64,000 bases of DNA from Calcarisporiella thermophila CBS 279.70 (GCF_041956535.1 NW_027192192.1:7388-71387), one strand, 5' to 3'; shown: positions 1-12,796, counted from the first letter of the stretch. A program made the numbers and translations. Notes: generated by a model not told the origin, from the sequence alone.

Positions 1-680
1 GTACGCTACATCGATGTGAGAAATGTGAAGAAGGAGGAAGCTCTCAATTACTTTGTCATGATACACATCCAATTGATCGAGAGAAGACAGTTTCGTAACA
101 CTTATGAAACGATTACGCACATTGAGTTGATGCTGTTTGTAATCAAGCTGGCGTGCTTACGTTGAAAATGCCGCCTCATCTTTCCCCAGTTATTCTGATC
201 AGCTGAAAAAGAAGAAAGAGATCCCGCTTGCATATAGGTATAAGAAATCAATAGATGATTAAGAGCACATAATAGTAGCGGTTTGGAATATATCTTTCGA
301 TCGCGTGCAAGAAATTCCACTTTTTTCTACTCGAATAAAACTCCACTTTTTGAGCATCAGTTTTTTGCGCTCGATCTATGCTCAAAGACACGTCCTTAAA
401 CAAAGCGCTGGAAGATATGAAGACGCTCAAGAGGCAATAGCGGTGTTAATTAATTTCTCCATTTTATCAACTACAGTTAACGAAACAGGCATCCACTAAA
501 AGGTATTAAATTTATTAAGGATGTATCTTCTCGCGTGTGAAAAAACTTATACTACAATTGAAGGGGAGCAAAAATAAATTGGGCGAGAAAGCTCTCCAAA
601 ATTCTCAATCGCGAGACACGAGGTATTAAGGTATATGATAACTGCGAGAGATTGTTTATGTGGGTACACCTACACATACC
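1..680 (+). pseudogene. Decayed NB-ARC (NLR) fragment of the NB-ARC-TPR family, 5' part outside the window
   Basis: Broken frames give YEDAQEAIAVLINFSILSTT and KINWARKLSKILNRET. These match FEDVRTAIAVLNKSSLVTIT and KINWARKLTKVLNLET of the 28.3-30.2 kb NLR. Multiple stops and frameshifts; boundaries approximate. Confidence 0.7.
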
Positions 681-1191
681 CTCGAATGCATAGATAAGTC
701 AAATAGACGAAGAAATTGAATGAACAAATAAAGAAAACGAATACTACATCAACTGAATCTTGAATATAGCTTAAATTATCCTTTTTCTAGTTCGCCTGTT
801 CCTTTATTTTTCTGTAGGTATACGTGATCTCTGTGTTTATGAGGACATCGGAAATATACAAATTATTAACTTCTATACCATTACATACCTACAAGTATTC
901 AAAAGTTTCCTATCATATCAGCCAGTTGCGCAAACCTATTTATAAAGACATCCACCGCTACATTGTTTAAATTCCCTTACACAATGTTATGAGTGAAATT
1001 TCAGACGAAATGAAAAGTCTTGCGAATTCACTAGCAAAAGGGACAGATACAAGAAATACTGTGTTTATTAAGTCATTCAGCAATCCAAAGTGGACCCTAA
1101 GATCCGTATAGCCTCAAATTATAAATTACGTCAATTTCAATTCAATAGATTTTGTAACAAATTTTAAGATGTGACCTAGAGTTATATGGTG

Positions 1192-1533
1192 CTACTTAGG
1201 TTTCAAGGTTTCAAGAGCATTGGGGCCACATCTGCATGTATCACTTCCAGCATTGCAAGGAAAAGTGCCACTTCCTTTCACTTGGATACAACGTTGTTGA
1301 TCGTAGGGCGGAAAACACGCCATTAGAGTACTTATAAGACCAGAGGGGGTACAACTGCACTGGTTGCAAAGATCATCACATGTAAATCCCTCTGTTCCAA
1401 ATGCAGCAATGCATTTCTGATAAGAATATGGACGATCATTAGAATATGGCCTATCGGCGCACCCCATAACTGTGCTCTGGGAAAGCACAGTGAAAAGTAC
1501 GAAAATATATACAGCGATGTTGAGTTTTTCCAT
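1192..1533 (-). CDS. Small secreted Cys-rich protein with a pacifastin-like serine-protease-inhibitor domain (113 aa)
   Basis: Hydrophobic signal peptide. Motif C..CDDLCNQCSCTPSGLISTLMAC resembles pacifastin C-N-x-C-x-C-x2-3-G-x3-6-C-T-x3-C. A degenerate second repeat follows. TATA-like element upstream (~1600). Confidence 0.8.
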   Translation of the reverse strand: MEKLNIAVYIFVLFTVLSQSTVMGCADRPYSNDRPYSYQKCIAAFGTEGFTCDDLCNQCSCTPSGLISTLMACFPPYDQQRCIQVKGSGTFPCNAGSDTCRCGPNALETLKPK

Positions 1534-3023
1534 AGGCAGATCTAGTTTTAAAATGTGAGAGTGAGTACTTTGATTTCGTTGAGGGCCGAAGGAAAGGATA
1601 TATAATCAGCTTACTCTATTAAAGTTCAGCCAAAAATCGATTTTGTTTTTTTTATAGCCAAAAACCTACTTTTACAACAAATATATAAGTTAGTAATACA
1701 TTTCCACTATAAAGTAAATAAAGTGTGCCGTGGAATCTTTACGAAATTTTCAGATATTACGGAAAGCAAAAACCTGGCGTAGGCTAGATTTTTCAATAAT
1801 TTATTATAAACTCTTTATACTGAGAAGCACAGAAAAAAGAAAGAAAAAAAATAAATGATGAACATCATGAAAAATAATTGAAAGCCGGAATATGTCGATC
1901 CTTGCAAGGGTCGAGAACTTACCAATTCTTTACAGGGAGTGGTTCTAGGTAATAAATTTATGTAAATTACCCTAATTGGAAAACGAGCGATCATTAGATA
2001 TATAAAAGGAATATGAGGTTTGGATATAGCGATGTTTTGCATTATGGATAAGCTACAGCATTACAGTATAAGAGGTAAGTACAGTTTTAAATAAACTAGC
2101 AACTAACTACATTCATCAGCAATAATGACCAATTTTGCTGCGAGACAAATCACTCGAGCCGTTCGATGGTAACCCAGGCTATTGAAATCTAAAACAGATC
2201 GAGGTTTAAAAGAACTGAATAAGATATATCATTTGCTAACTTTTCTTTCGTCTCGTCCCAAAGTTCTTGCGCTTCAGTTGTGTTTTTGCATACCCCCTGT
2301 TGTCTTACTTCGGTACAATCCGTTTACATCGCGGTAAAATAGCTTTCGCGGGTGCTTTTTTTGACAGATTGTTTGGACTATTCTCTTTATCCTGGCCTAT
2401 TATCGACACAGTCGTTCTGCTGTCCTAATAAAAATCTTAAGGAATTCGCATAAAAATCTTAGCCAAAATTTAAGGTTCCAAATAGAGACCAAAACAATTT
2501 CCCCAACTGGAGAGCTTCTGGCAACATCGTACCTCAAAGCCTACACAAATGCTCGATGTATACCTGGCAGAGACCCAAAAACACATCATTGGACTTGCAA
2601 GTCCCTCCTATTACTCCTCAAAAATCACAGATCGGAACAGGGAGAATTACTCAAAATGAACTCGATGTCACCCTCGAGAATACCATACACCTCATCCACA
2701 CGGCGGCAAAGATCAAAGAATTACAAAGGAGGTTAAACTTCCCCAGGGAATGGTACGAGATGTAAAAGCCGTATAATAAAAGTGTTCACTTCATCATTCA
2801 TTCAATTTTCCTTTATATGCAATATTTTGAGAAAATTTTCAGACGGATTGGAGTCTTGCGATATAACGATTAGAAGGCGCAAGTACGGGAAAAAATGTTT
2901 TTATTAATTCTGTCAAAGTGGATCGCTGCTATCTCAAACTATAATATTATATTTATACATTCCAAAAACTCATTGAATAGATTGCGCAACAAAATTAAGA
3001 GTATGGTCCAGATTTAAATTGAA

Positions 3024-3338
3024 CTACTCTATGCATTCAATTGCTTCGGGACCACATCGGCAACTAGCATTTCCAGCATTGCAAGGCCATGTGCCATGGC
3101 CTTTCACTTGGATACAACGTTGATAATTGTAGCTTGGGCACCCCTTCTTAGTACTGATAACGCCATGGAGGCTACAACTGCACGAGTTGCAAAGATCTTC
3201 ACATGTAAATCCTTTTGTTCCAAATGCTTTAATGCATATATCGTAATTATATGGACGATTGCTGCACTCAATAGCTGTGCACTGAAATGGTGCAGTGAAG
3301 AGCATGAAAATAGATAAAATGATGACGAGTTTTCCCAT
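3024..3338 (-). CDS. Paralogous small secreted pacifastin-like protein (104 aa)
   Basis: Signal peptide; CEDLCNSCSCSLHGVISTKKGC; co-linear with 1192..1533. Confidence 0.8.
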   Translation of the reverse strand: MGKLVIILSIFMLFTAPFQCTAIECSNRPYNYDICIKAFGTKGFTCEDLCNSCSCSLHGVISTKKGCPSYNYQRCIQVKGHGTWPCNAGNASCRCGPEAIECIE

Positions 3339-4041
3339 AAGCAGACCTGACTTTTAAACGTGAGAGTAAGCACTATGAAGGCCGAAGGCTGGGATTGCCT
3401 ATTATCATCTACATCAATGATATAAATTAGGGGTTGCGATCTCACAATAGAGTAATTTGTGAAGAGTAACCATTACGAGATTTTTAGAAATCACAGAAAG
3501 CAGAGGCCTGGCGTAGACAAACTTTTTCAATGACTTAATGTGAATTGGCTACGATAAGAAGCGTAGCAAGAAAAAAAGAGAAAAAAACGGAAAAAAAATA
3601 AAAGAACGAAAAATAATTGAATGGCGAGTGAGGTATTGTCAATCCCTACTTGCAAGGGTCGGGATTTGAAGCCGCAATTTTCTTCTGGAATGGAGTTGTA
3701 ACCCCACTTAAAAACGCACAAACCATTTCTTAAAGGGTAATACAGGTAATAGCCAGGGCTAAATTAGAGAATGTAAATCACTTGATTGGAAAAGTGAGCG
3801 ATCATTAGGTATATAAAAGGAATATGAGGATATGGATATATTCATATTTTTGCAATAAGTTACAGCATTACTGCATAGAGAGTAATAGTAGGTTAAATAA
3901 ACTAATGTCTAACCACATTCATCAGTAATAATTATCAATCTTGATGCGGGACCAATTACTCGAGCCATTCGATGGTAACCTAAGCAGATTATTAACAGCT
4001 AAAACAGATTGGGAATTATAAGAACTGAACAAGGTTAAATC

Positions 4042-4340
4042 TTAGTCTTGTAACCTTTTCATTGACGGTGTTTTTTGAAGAAGCCTTTCTTTCCGGACTT
4101 TTACAATAAAATCATTGCCGTGGAGTGTCCAACGAATGATTCTCACAGAAATACCCTGCTCTTTCGCCTCGTTCCTAGGTTCTTGCGTTTTGACTGTATT
4201 TTTGTATACTCCTGTTGCACTACTTCGGCACAATCTGTTTGAATCATGGTAAAAATAACTTTCGGGGGCGCATTTTTTTTTGACGAGACAATTGCATTAT
4301 ACTCTTTATCCTGTCGTATTATCGACACAGTAGTTCTGCT
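4042..4340 (-). mobile_element. Degenerate Tc1/mariner-type transposase fragment (HTH region); second shorter relic at ~2240-2420
   Basis: ISVRIIRWTLHGNDFIVKVRKERLLQKTPSMKRL resembles the Tc1/Tc3 HTH consensus SVxTIRRxLHxxGFxxxVxxKKPLLxxxxxxxRL. Frameshifted; no TIRs seen. Confidence 0.55.
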
Positions 4341-5670
4341 GATGTCCTCACGAGCGGCAATATCACGTGTGGAATACCCATCGAGGAGGACAGATATACG
4401 AGCACGTTGAATAGGTGTGATGCGACATATTATGCTTATATTGTAAGATAAGATAGAGAGAGGCTCTCAGGAACCATTAGATAACCTATGGGCCATATAT
4501 GCTTTTTGTTGTCTAGTTACCAGGGAATGAGTCTACCCTGTTTTAAAAGCAAAAAAAGCAAAAATACTCCTCAAAAACGTTTTCTATGAAATGCCCTGAA
4601 TTTTGAATGCTACTAACATAATACTCTCTTATGTACATGGTATGGAAAGTGGTATTGTAGAATTTTATAAAATATTTAATATTTTTTGTAATGATATTCC
4701 TACAGAGATACGGTCACGAAACGTTTGGAAAGCACTTTATAGAGTGCCCAAGAAGAAACTCTGTGTACTGGGAGGTTTTTAACAGGCTGCAGAACCATCT
4801 GAAAGAATGAATCCTCAATTCTATATTCAGTATATCTGATCAGATTGGAATCACCCATTTACGAAAAAAAAAATGAGAGGCAGCTTAAGCTCAATAAGCA
4901 TTGAATTTGAGCAAAAGCACTCCACTCAGGGCATATTACGAACTCATCTTCTGTTTAATTCCCTCTTTCATGCTCTTTCGACATGTGAAGTTGCCTCGTT
5001 GGGAGGTGACCACGATGCTTGTGGACACAATACGACCTCGGTCGGAAGTTGCTGACTCTTGCGGACGAATTGCTACGAGGGGCTCTCTAAGCTGACTTTC
5101 ATCCAACCCTCCGTGGCGACCACTCTGCCACACTCTGTTGTCATGGAAGCAAATAAAAAAATATAGTTGCACCCGAATTTTGATTAGAACTAGCCAGGAA
5201 AAAAAGGCTCAGAATCAAATGGGATGCAAAGATTGCGTGGGCTCTTCATGGCTCGTGATGAAATCGGATAAGACTACGAAAGCTCCAAGAGCCAAGAAAG
5301 AGCCTTCTTCCTTCCTGATCCGCTCGATTAGCTATTCAATTTCATTATTTGGGGAGGAACGGATGGCCACGGTGAGCTATCCCATAGGGAAGAAGCGCAC
5401 CAATAGAAGACTGGTTGGGAGTGTCAACTTCTAAGTCGGGGAGAAAAGGAGCGCCCCGAGCTGGGCATTTCGACTAAAGCGCCCTTCTTTGCTGCTCTCG
5501 AAAATTCCAAATGTCGGCCTTTCCTATTCACCAATGACGTCTCCATTTTCATATGTCAGCCGAGAAAAAAAAAATTAAATATAAAAATACGCCGAACGCG
5601 TCTTCTATTTCTCACTATAGCTTTCTTCTACAAGAGAAAAAAAAGTACCACCACACTAAACACATCCACC

Positions 5671-6516
5671 ATGACCAGCTGGAAAACCCAACTCCCTGAT
5701 AAGCCAACCCCCAACATCGTCGTGGTGACCAACATTTCGCCGTCTGCCTCGGAAAAGACGGTGAAGGATTTCTTCCTGTTCTGTGGGAAGATTAAGGAAT
5801 TTGAGTTGCAAAAGTAAGTTGAGAATAGAATGTCGGAGCCATGGTGATCATGGATTGACCATTTTCTTTCATTTTACAGAGACGAATCCGGCAAACAGAC
5901 TGCTCTCGTCTGGTTTGAGCGCGAAGCCGCCGCCAAAACCGCTTGCATGCTGAACAATGCCATGATCGTGGACACGAATTGCACCGTCAAGCCCTTCTTT
6001 GAGGGTGCGGCGCCTTCCTCCCCTGACGCCTCCTCCAGCTCCGGGGCCGAAGGCAACGATCAAGAGTCCAAGGCCAAGACCCACGTGATGGTCGACATTC
6101 TTGCCGCGGGCTACCAGCTCCAGGAGCAGATCGTGGCACGCGCCGTCGAGGTCGACCAGAAATACAGTGTCAGCACCCGGGTAGGCGCCTACTTCAAGAA
6201 GCTGCAGGAGATCGCCAAGAATCTCGACGACAAATACAAGGTCAGCGAGACGGTGCAACAACGCGCCACCCAGCTCGACGAGAAATACAAAGTGCAAGAC
6301 AAAGTGAAGCAGGGGCAGGAGCGCGTCCACCAGGTCCTGCAGACGCCCGCCGGCCAGACGGCCTCCTCCTTTGCCCAGTCCCTCTATACACAGTCCAGTG
6401 CTCTAGTGCAGGCGGTGTATCTAGAGGCCAAGAAGGTGGCGGAAGAGAAGAAGGCGCGACAGGCCCCCCCGCAGGAGGATTCCCAGGCCTCTTCCGCATC
6501 GGCCCCTCAGCAGTGA
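5671..6516 (+). CDS. RRM-domain protein, Vip1-like (2 exons; intron ~5814-5878)
   Basis: Exon 1 reads MTSWKTQLPDKPTPNIVVVTNISPSASEKTVKDFFLFCGKIKEFELQ. It splices to ..SGKQTALVWFEREAAAKTACMLNNAMI, followed by ILAAGY/DQKY/LDEKYKV helical repeats typical of Vip1-like proteins. Confidence 0.85.
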
Positions 6517-8383
6517 ACCCTGCCCAGCCCTTCTTCCCCTTCTTCCCTTGTGTAAAAAGCAGTTTATTTCTTCCTTTATTTTATTCTCTTTACCTACATT
6601 AGTCCTCTTTTTCTCTATGCATCATATCTTTCATTGGTTCATTGTGACAATAAAGGCAAGATCCTAATTATCCTGAAGCATGCTTCGATATCCTCTTTTT
6701 TTCTCTGCTGTGGGCGACCGACTTTACCTGGTATGAATATCCATTACATAACTCTGTCCTTCCTCCATGCAATAGCCTACGTGAGAATCCAGTCATTCTC
6801 TTAGCGGATAAGTCCCCGTGAAATCCGGCTGGGAATCCTCATTTCCAAGCCACGCACTTCAGGATCTCTTTGAGGATGTGTATCTGTCTAAAGATAGAGT
6901 TGAAGCCTCCATCCGCTGGCTCGGGCTAGGCCAAGGTAGAGCCGTCACGTTTTCTTGTCCAACCCTTTCCATAGGTGGAAGGGGCGGGAACAGGCCTTAA
7001 AACGAGTAGTCCATCTCTTAGGCTGGGCCGAACAGAGCTGTCTAACTCACTCTGCCCGCGGAATGAAATCGTTCTGGATGGCTTCATGAGGCTTATCCAA
7101 CATGATATCGATCAAAAGGCAAGCTTGAGCATCCAGTATGAGCCCCATTTCTTTGAGCCACGAACAGCCATGGCGAAGAGTCAGAGGGGCGAAGAGTCAG
7201 AGGGGCGAAGTGGAACGCGATAATCTTTTCCCAATGGGAGATCTAGTTTGTGGGCTGACGCAAAAAGGAAATTTTCTTCCTAAGTTATCAGCCATACTTA
7301 GATGATATCCGGTGCAACGTGGTCGTCAGCCTGCTTCCGCAAGCTCGCAAGATGAGCGCGAAGTCTTGCGAGGAGAAACATGGTCACAAATGAAATGTTT
7401 GTAGGAGGGACCCCTTGGTTGAGTTTGGAATGGGGGCTAGGCTAAGCAGTCTCCCGCCAGAGAGCCTAGGCCAAGATGGTGTCAACGCAGATTGGGGATT
7501 GGGTGCGAATTCTCCCGAAAGTGTCATTGTGGTGCATTTTTGCAAAGAGCCCATCGGATGCAAGGAGCGGCTATGAATAGCACAGGTGGGTACCCTCGCG
7601 GTGCCATTGGGTGGCTGCGCTCGAATCCAGCATCGTACGAAGAGATGAATCTAATCTCGCCCCTAGCCCGTAAATAGGGTGATAATCGTTTCCTATCAGA
7701 TCCCCTGGAAAAACGAATCTGCTAAGATCATCCCTTGCAGTTATCTCGTGCTCTCTGCATTGGTGACGAGGGGGGGATTCACTCTGAGTGATGGGAACTG
7801 GGCGTGGACGGGAGCCGAGTTGCAGGGGAGGCCGGGGGGCGGCTACCGGCGTCACGACCAGAGGGGAAGAGAGGGGGTGCTCCATTACAGACAATGAATA
7901 AGAATGAATCTGTATGATGGAAAGCAGGGGGAAAGGACCCTTCTCCGCAAGGGGAGAGCACCGATTTCAACAGCTGATGAGGGAATGGTATGATTTTGAG
8001 TTGCGGCCTTTGACTTGTGAGAGAGGCCGGGAGGAGCCTTAATACTAATGGCACAACGGCCCTTTTCTCAGCAACGCGAGCAAATCGCGTTGAGACAATT
8101 TCTGCGTGATTCAGAGTGCATTCTCGCAACATTCGAGCCAAAAATTAGACTCGCTCTGTGGCGAGCGGTTGGGGCCCATGCACCTTGCCCCCACATTTTC
8201 CGACGCCTATATAAGCCTTTGGCCGGCTTCTTTTTCCTGTTCTCCTTGAACTCTCTTGTCATCTTCTCCTTTGATACAAAGTGAGAAGACCATAGCCTTC
8301 GCAACTCCCCCGCAATCTTCATCCCTGCATTGGGCCGAGCCATTCTTAACGCCTTCCCCCTCTATACGCTATTCCCCTCTACT

Positions 8384-8862
8384 ATGGATACAAACTGGTG
8401 CCTCTGCGGTCGACAGATTCCCTATTCTACTGACACGGTACGCATTCCATTTATTACACAGTAGTAGCTTCCAATGGCCACTCATCCTGGTTGCTTTTTT
8501 TTTGCATTTCTAATGAACAGCTCTACTGCAGTCAAGAATGCGCACAGTATGATGCCCTGAGCGCAACTCTACCCGATGCCTCGCTAGCCTTTAATCGGTC
8601 TCCGTCGCCATTGTCACCCACTCTCTCCTCCCATTCCACTCATACCTCCACCTACATCACGCCCATACTGAATTCGCCGCCAACTTCTCCCTCCCTCACC
8701 CTTCCTCTCTTGACTCTTCGCTCCCCGCACCGTCTCTCTCCGCCTCCCCTCTCGCTTGGCCAGGCCCACCAGCCGTCGCCTCCCAAAGCGGGAGCCGCCA
8801 ACTACAGTATGACCACCATGAATAGGTCTAGCCTCCCCGGAAAGCGCCTTTTCTCCTTCTAA
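8384..8862 (+). CDS. Ecl1-family (chronological life-span regulator-like) small zinc-binding protein, ~131 aa (intron 8438-8520)
   Basis: Spliced N-terminus MDTNWCLCGRQIPYSTDT|LYCSQECAQYDAL fits the Ecl1-type C..C...YCS.EC..D motif. Ser/Pro-rich tail; TATA at ~8208. Confidence 0.7.
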
Positions 8863-10650
8863 AATCGATTCCCATGCCGCCGCCTTCTCTCCCCGACACC
8901 CTTGTCCTTTGTTTCCTAGTTTGTACATTGCTCCTGTTCTTTGTTTTTATTGTTTTACACAGAACGGAATTAGCTTTATTTTATGGCTTATCGTTTTCCT
9001 ATCTCTATTTATATGTTTATTGTATATATTATTCATCGCTAAACCCGATCAAAACCGGTGACGGTAGTAGTTGTTGTCCGCTTCTCGTCTTGGGAAGCTC
9101 TTCTTTTCATCTTGACTCTTCTTCTCTCCTCTTCCTCAATGCTTTTTTTGATTTGTAAATAAAAAAACATCTCTTTTGAATCTTTTCCCGTTCTGAGGTG
9201 AGAGGTTCACACACAAAAAAACACATTGCCAATCCTTGACGTTTTTGCATTTGCATTTGTTTTCGAGCGAAAAAACCTTATGTTTAAGGTTCAATCTAAT
9301 CACACGTAAGAGCTCCGCAGTTCGGGCAGTCACGGAGCCATGCAGCCCAACCGCCCGCGCTGGGAGCCCTAACGTGCTTCCCGCTCCCGCGGAATGGGAT
9401 CTTGTCCTCTCTCTCGCCCTCCCTCTAAGCTGAAATGGGCGTAGGCGCCGGCGGTCGATCAAATGATCAGCGATAGCCGCCTAGGTTCGGCCAACGAGAG
9501 GCCGCCCTATAGCTGAAACGCGCCTGCAACGTTCTACGGCCGCTTGGCCATATTAGGAGCTGGAGGAGCGTCTCTCGGAAAGATGTAGAGTTGAGATCTG
9601 TGGAAGGTGGCCATCCTCCCTAACATGGAGAGCTCAGCCTTCCAAGAATTTGGCCCTATGGGGGGCTTAAGGGGTGCTTAAGGCAAACTCTGCTCTAGGA
9701 GGGTTCTTCACAACGTGCGAACCGCTCCTACTTCGTTACCTTAAATACGATTAAGGCTCAAAGTAGGTTAAGTGGGCCATGTGCCTCTCGTTAAAAAAGA
9801 AAATTGCTTATTTTCTCTTGGAATGGCCTCATCCTACAAATTTCCTTCGTGACTACAGTATGTGGCCAAGCCTACAATTTATTTTATTTTAAGCAATTAT
9901 TTTAATAATTCAACATCAATACACTGTTAACACAATCTTAAGGTCAAAGAAGACTGCAAATAAAATAAACATACATGCATCTATGAATCTATGGTTCAGA
10001 TCTGCTCTCCAAAACGCATTACCAATAGAATAGAAAAAGGTCGTGAAACACCCAAATGGAATCTATTACTCAAAGAAAACTGTACACAGTGCCTTCTTCG
10101 GAGCTAGATTCCCCGAGCTGATTCTTAAACTAATACTGTATCCAGGAATTAAATCTTCCATTTACGAATAGAGATACCGCGAACACAGAATTGCATCATA
10201 ATAGTAACCATGGAATTTCAATAGAACATTGACTATATGATACAGCGTTTATCTCTTCCATCATGTGGATTAAACTTTATACTCCATGGACTCTTAGAGC
10301 AGTACATTTCATCGGTATGTCAGATTAATACAGACTCAGATGATTAACTCAGGAATTAGGAAACCAATCGAGAGGGCCTGAAGGGACACTTAAGGTCATA
10401 TTGATAGATTATTTTTTAATAATATGCCTTGAACCATATTTCAGCAATCTCTAGATGGTGCGAACCTAGGTTGTAGCAGGAAGAAATTTCCATCTTCCAC
10501 ATTAATCCACCTATCATTGTGTATTTATACGAAGTATACCTATCACCAATAGGTTATTTATAATCGTTGGATTAAAAGAAAGATGGAAACTCAACGCTAT
10601 AAAAGCACGCTTGCTCCTACAGAATAAACATACCGCATTTCAAAGACAAG

Positions 10651-11985
10651 ATGCGTTACGGCTCAATCATTAAGCACATCATCATCTTCATCGTTGCCTT
10701 ATCATTTTTAAACGACGGCGTGAAGGCGGCCAACCCTTATAAGAAATGGGTAATGGACAAGATCAAATCAAAGGCTAAAGACCAGATAAAACCTCGCCCA
10801 AAAGATAAAGAGGCAAATGAATTCTTCACGGCTGCTAGAGATATTGTTTCGGCCTTTAGAACACCGAAGCCTGGCATAGGTCAGCTTTATTCTAAGAAAT
10901 TCGCAGACGTACTTATAGGGTTAGACGAGCTCTGTCGGCAGAAACGCACTGATTTCTTTTGTAAAGCTCTTGCAACGGCACAGATGATTCCCGATAGAGG
11001 TTATCAGTGGCATACAGGTGTATCGTCGCAAGATATTGAGGAACGTCGCGTCATATCAGTTGAAAGTGATGTTTATCAAGAACAGCTTAGGGATTGTATA
11101 GTCAATCTGGAAGGAAGGACAGATAGGATGTGCCATGAAGCAATCTTAAGTAGAATATTCCTCCCTCGACTCTGTGTGGCCGACCGCTCGTACGTAAATA
11201 GCAAAGCTGTAGACGAATTTATCGATGACACGATTAACGAGTTAGCGGAATCGCCTTACTGCAATAATGGCCTTGGAATTTTCTCGCCTGATAAAAAGTC
11301 CTGTTTAAAGCTTCAAAAGTCAAAGGAGATCCTTATAGAAGTGTTCAACGCGATGGGTTTTTCTAGATTCGACTTATATTTAAACGCCACAGAGACTTCA
11401 TCAAGTATGATCGGTTATTATAACGAGTGCACGGATAAAGATTTGGACTGTTATTACGGCTACAGAAAATCCCGAGAGCATTATCCATATATGAACTCAA
11501 TAGGCGAATACAGATGGAAGTACGCCGCCGACGCTGTAAATGGGTTGGAGAGATGCTGGGGATTCCTCGACAACGACGGTAGACCGGTGAACGAGGAAAC
11601 ACTAGGAAACCTGTCAGAAAATGTCAAGCCTGAAGTATGTGGAGACAAATTCACCCATTATAGGAAAAATCAGTGCAGTACGAATTGGCCCTGTATTCCT
11701 CCTAAGTCGATGTGCAGCCATTGTAAAAAGGGGAAGAACTGTAGCCCTTTTAATCATAATGCAAAAGCCTGTCCGCGTAAATTCACCAATTTCACACCCA
11801 ATCAATGTAAAACTGCTTTCCCTTGTTCTTTAGGTAGAAAGCCATATTGCACAGCTTGCACCGATGATTGGGAACATTGCGATCCGTCACCAAATAGATC
11901 TGACTACTCTGTAAACGATGATGTGGCAAATGATGATAATGTTGAAATATTTGACACCTCTAACAGTACATCGGTCGGCAATTAA
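10651..11985 (+). CDS. Intronless secreted Cys-rich protein of unknown function (444 aa)
   Basis: Long ORF with signal peptide (IIIFIVALSFL..VKA), TATAAAA at ~10598, and two C-terminal six-Cys repeats. Confidence 0.8.
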   Translation: MRYGSIIKHIIIFIVALSFLNDGVKAANPYKKWVMDKIKSKAKDQIKPRPKDKEANEFFTAARDIVSAFRTPKPGIGQLYSKKFADVLIGLDELCRQKRTDFFCKALATAQMIPDRGYQWHTGVSSQDIEERRVISVESDVYQEQLRDCIVNLEGRTDRMCHEAILSRIFLPRLCVADRSYVNSKAVDEFIDDTINELAESPYCNNGLGIFSPDKKSCLKLQKSKEILIEVFNAMGFSRFDLYLNATETSSSMIGYYNECTDKDLDCYYGYRKSREHYPYMNSIGEYRWKYAADAVNGLERCWGFLDNDGRPVNEETLGNLSENVKPEVCGDKFTHYRKNQCSTNWPCIPPKSMCSHCKKGKNCSPFNHNAKACPRKFTNFTPNQCKTAFPCSLGRKPYCTACTDDWEHCDPSPNRSDYSVNDDVANDDNVEIFDTSNSTSVGN

Positions 11986-12796
11986 TATATCAATATCATA
12001 GTCTACTAATTAGAGATATTGAATTTCGATTATGTCGATTAGATTAGTAATAATTTTTTCGAGCCTATCTGACGCTATTGCCACCGTGACTATAAGCCAT
12101 GTAGTTTTTTTGAGAAAAAGTCAAAGCTATTAAATGAAGATAAATAAATATTGAGACGATATAACCAACATAGACTTATACGTTTCTAATTTTCTTCATC
12201 TTTAATTATATGCATAATTATCGCTTAGTCTACAAAAAGCTGCTAATTAAGCACCCTATATATACGCCTACAGCAACCCATCCAATCTCAACCATATCGG
12301 CAGCAATACCCACCCACTCCTTCTTCCTCATAAATTTCCACCTCTTCACAACATCTAACTCATTACTGTACATGGGTATATAACACATTATTTGGTTTTA
12401 GTTAGGCACGGTCCCTTGTTACAGTCAGCTCCTTCTAGGAAAGTGTTTTACAAATAAATATCTTACCGGAAATCTTTAGCAATAGTTAAGTAATATGAAA
12501 CTGCAAATCGCGAAACAATATTGACGCTGCTCTTTTTCTGGACTAACTATAAAGTGTTACAAAGATAACTCGAATAAAATTCTTTGCCAAGTCATTTCAA
12601 AGCATTTTGCAACTCGGAGTAGGATAAAATAGCTCGATTATTATACTACGCTTACTATGTTTACTGTTTACTATGATTTCTATTATAAAACCGTTTCACC
12701 CATAATTATTTATTTTTAAAAGTTTTTAACCTTTTACTTTGTTAACAAATGAGCGTAAATTATATAAATAAATCTAATTAACTAACTTAAGTCTAT

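Larger units (their letters stand above)
990..4340. repeat. Tandem segmental duplication (~990-2420 and ~2830-4340), each unit carrying a pacifastin-like gene, its upstream region and a transposon relic
   Basis: Shared non-coding blocks: tcagacg..agtcttgcga (~1001/~2840), tataaaaggaatatgagg (~2001/~3812), ctcgagcc.ttcgatggtaacc (~2153/~3959), atcgacacagt.gttctgctg (~2402/~4321). Confidence 0.85.

Noticed and set aside
2556-2765. 69-aa ORF between the duplicated units, possible retroelement relic
   Set aside because: No diagnostic RT, integrase or gag motif.
6818-8343. Short ORFs and a 17-bp tandem duplication (~7173-7210) upstream of the Ecl1-like gene
   Set aside because: No homology cues; likely promoter DNA with chance ORFs.
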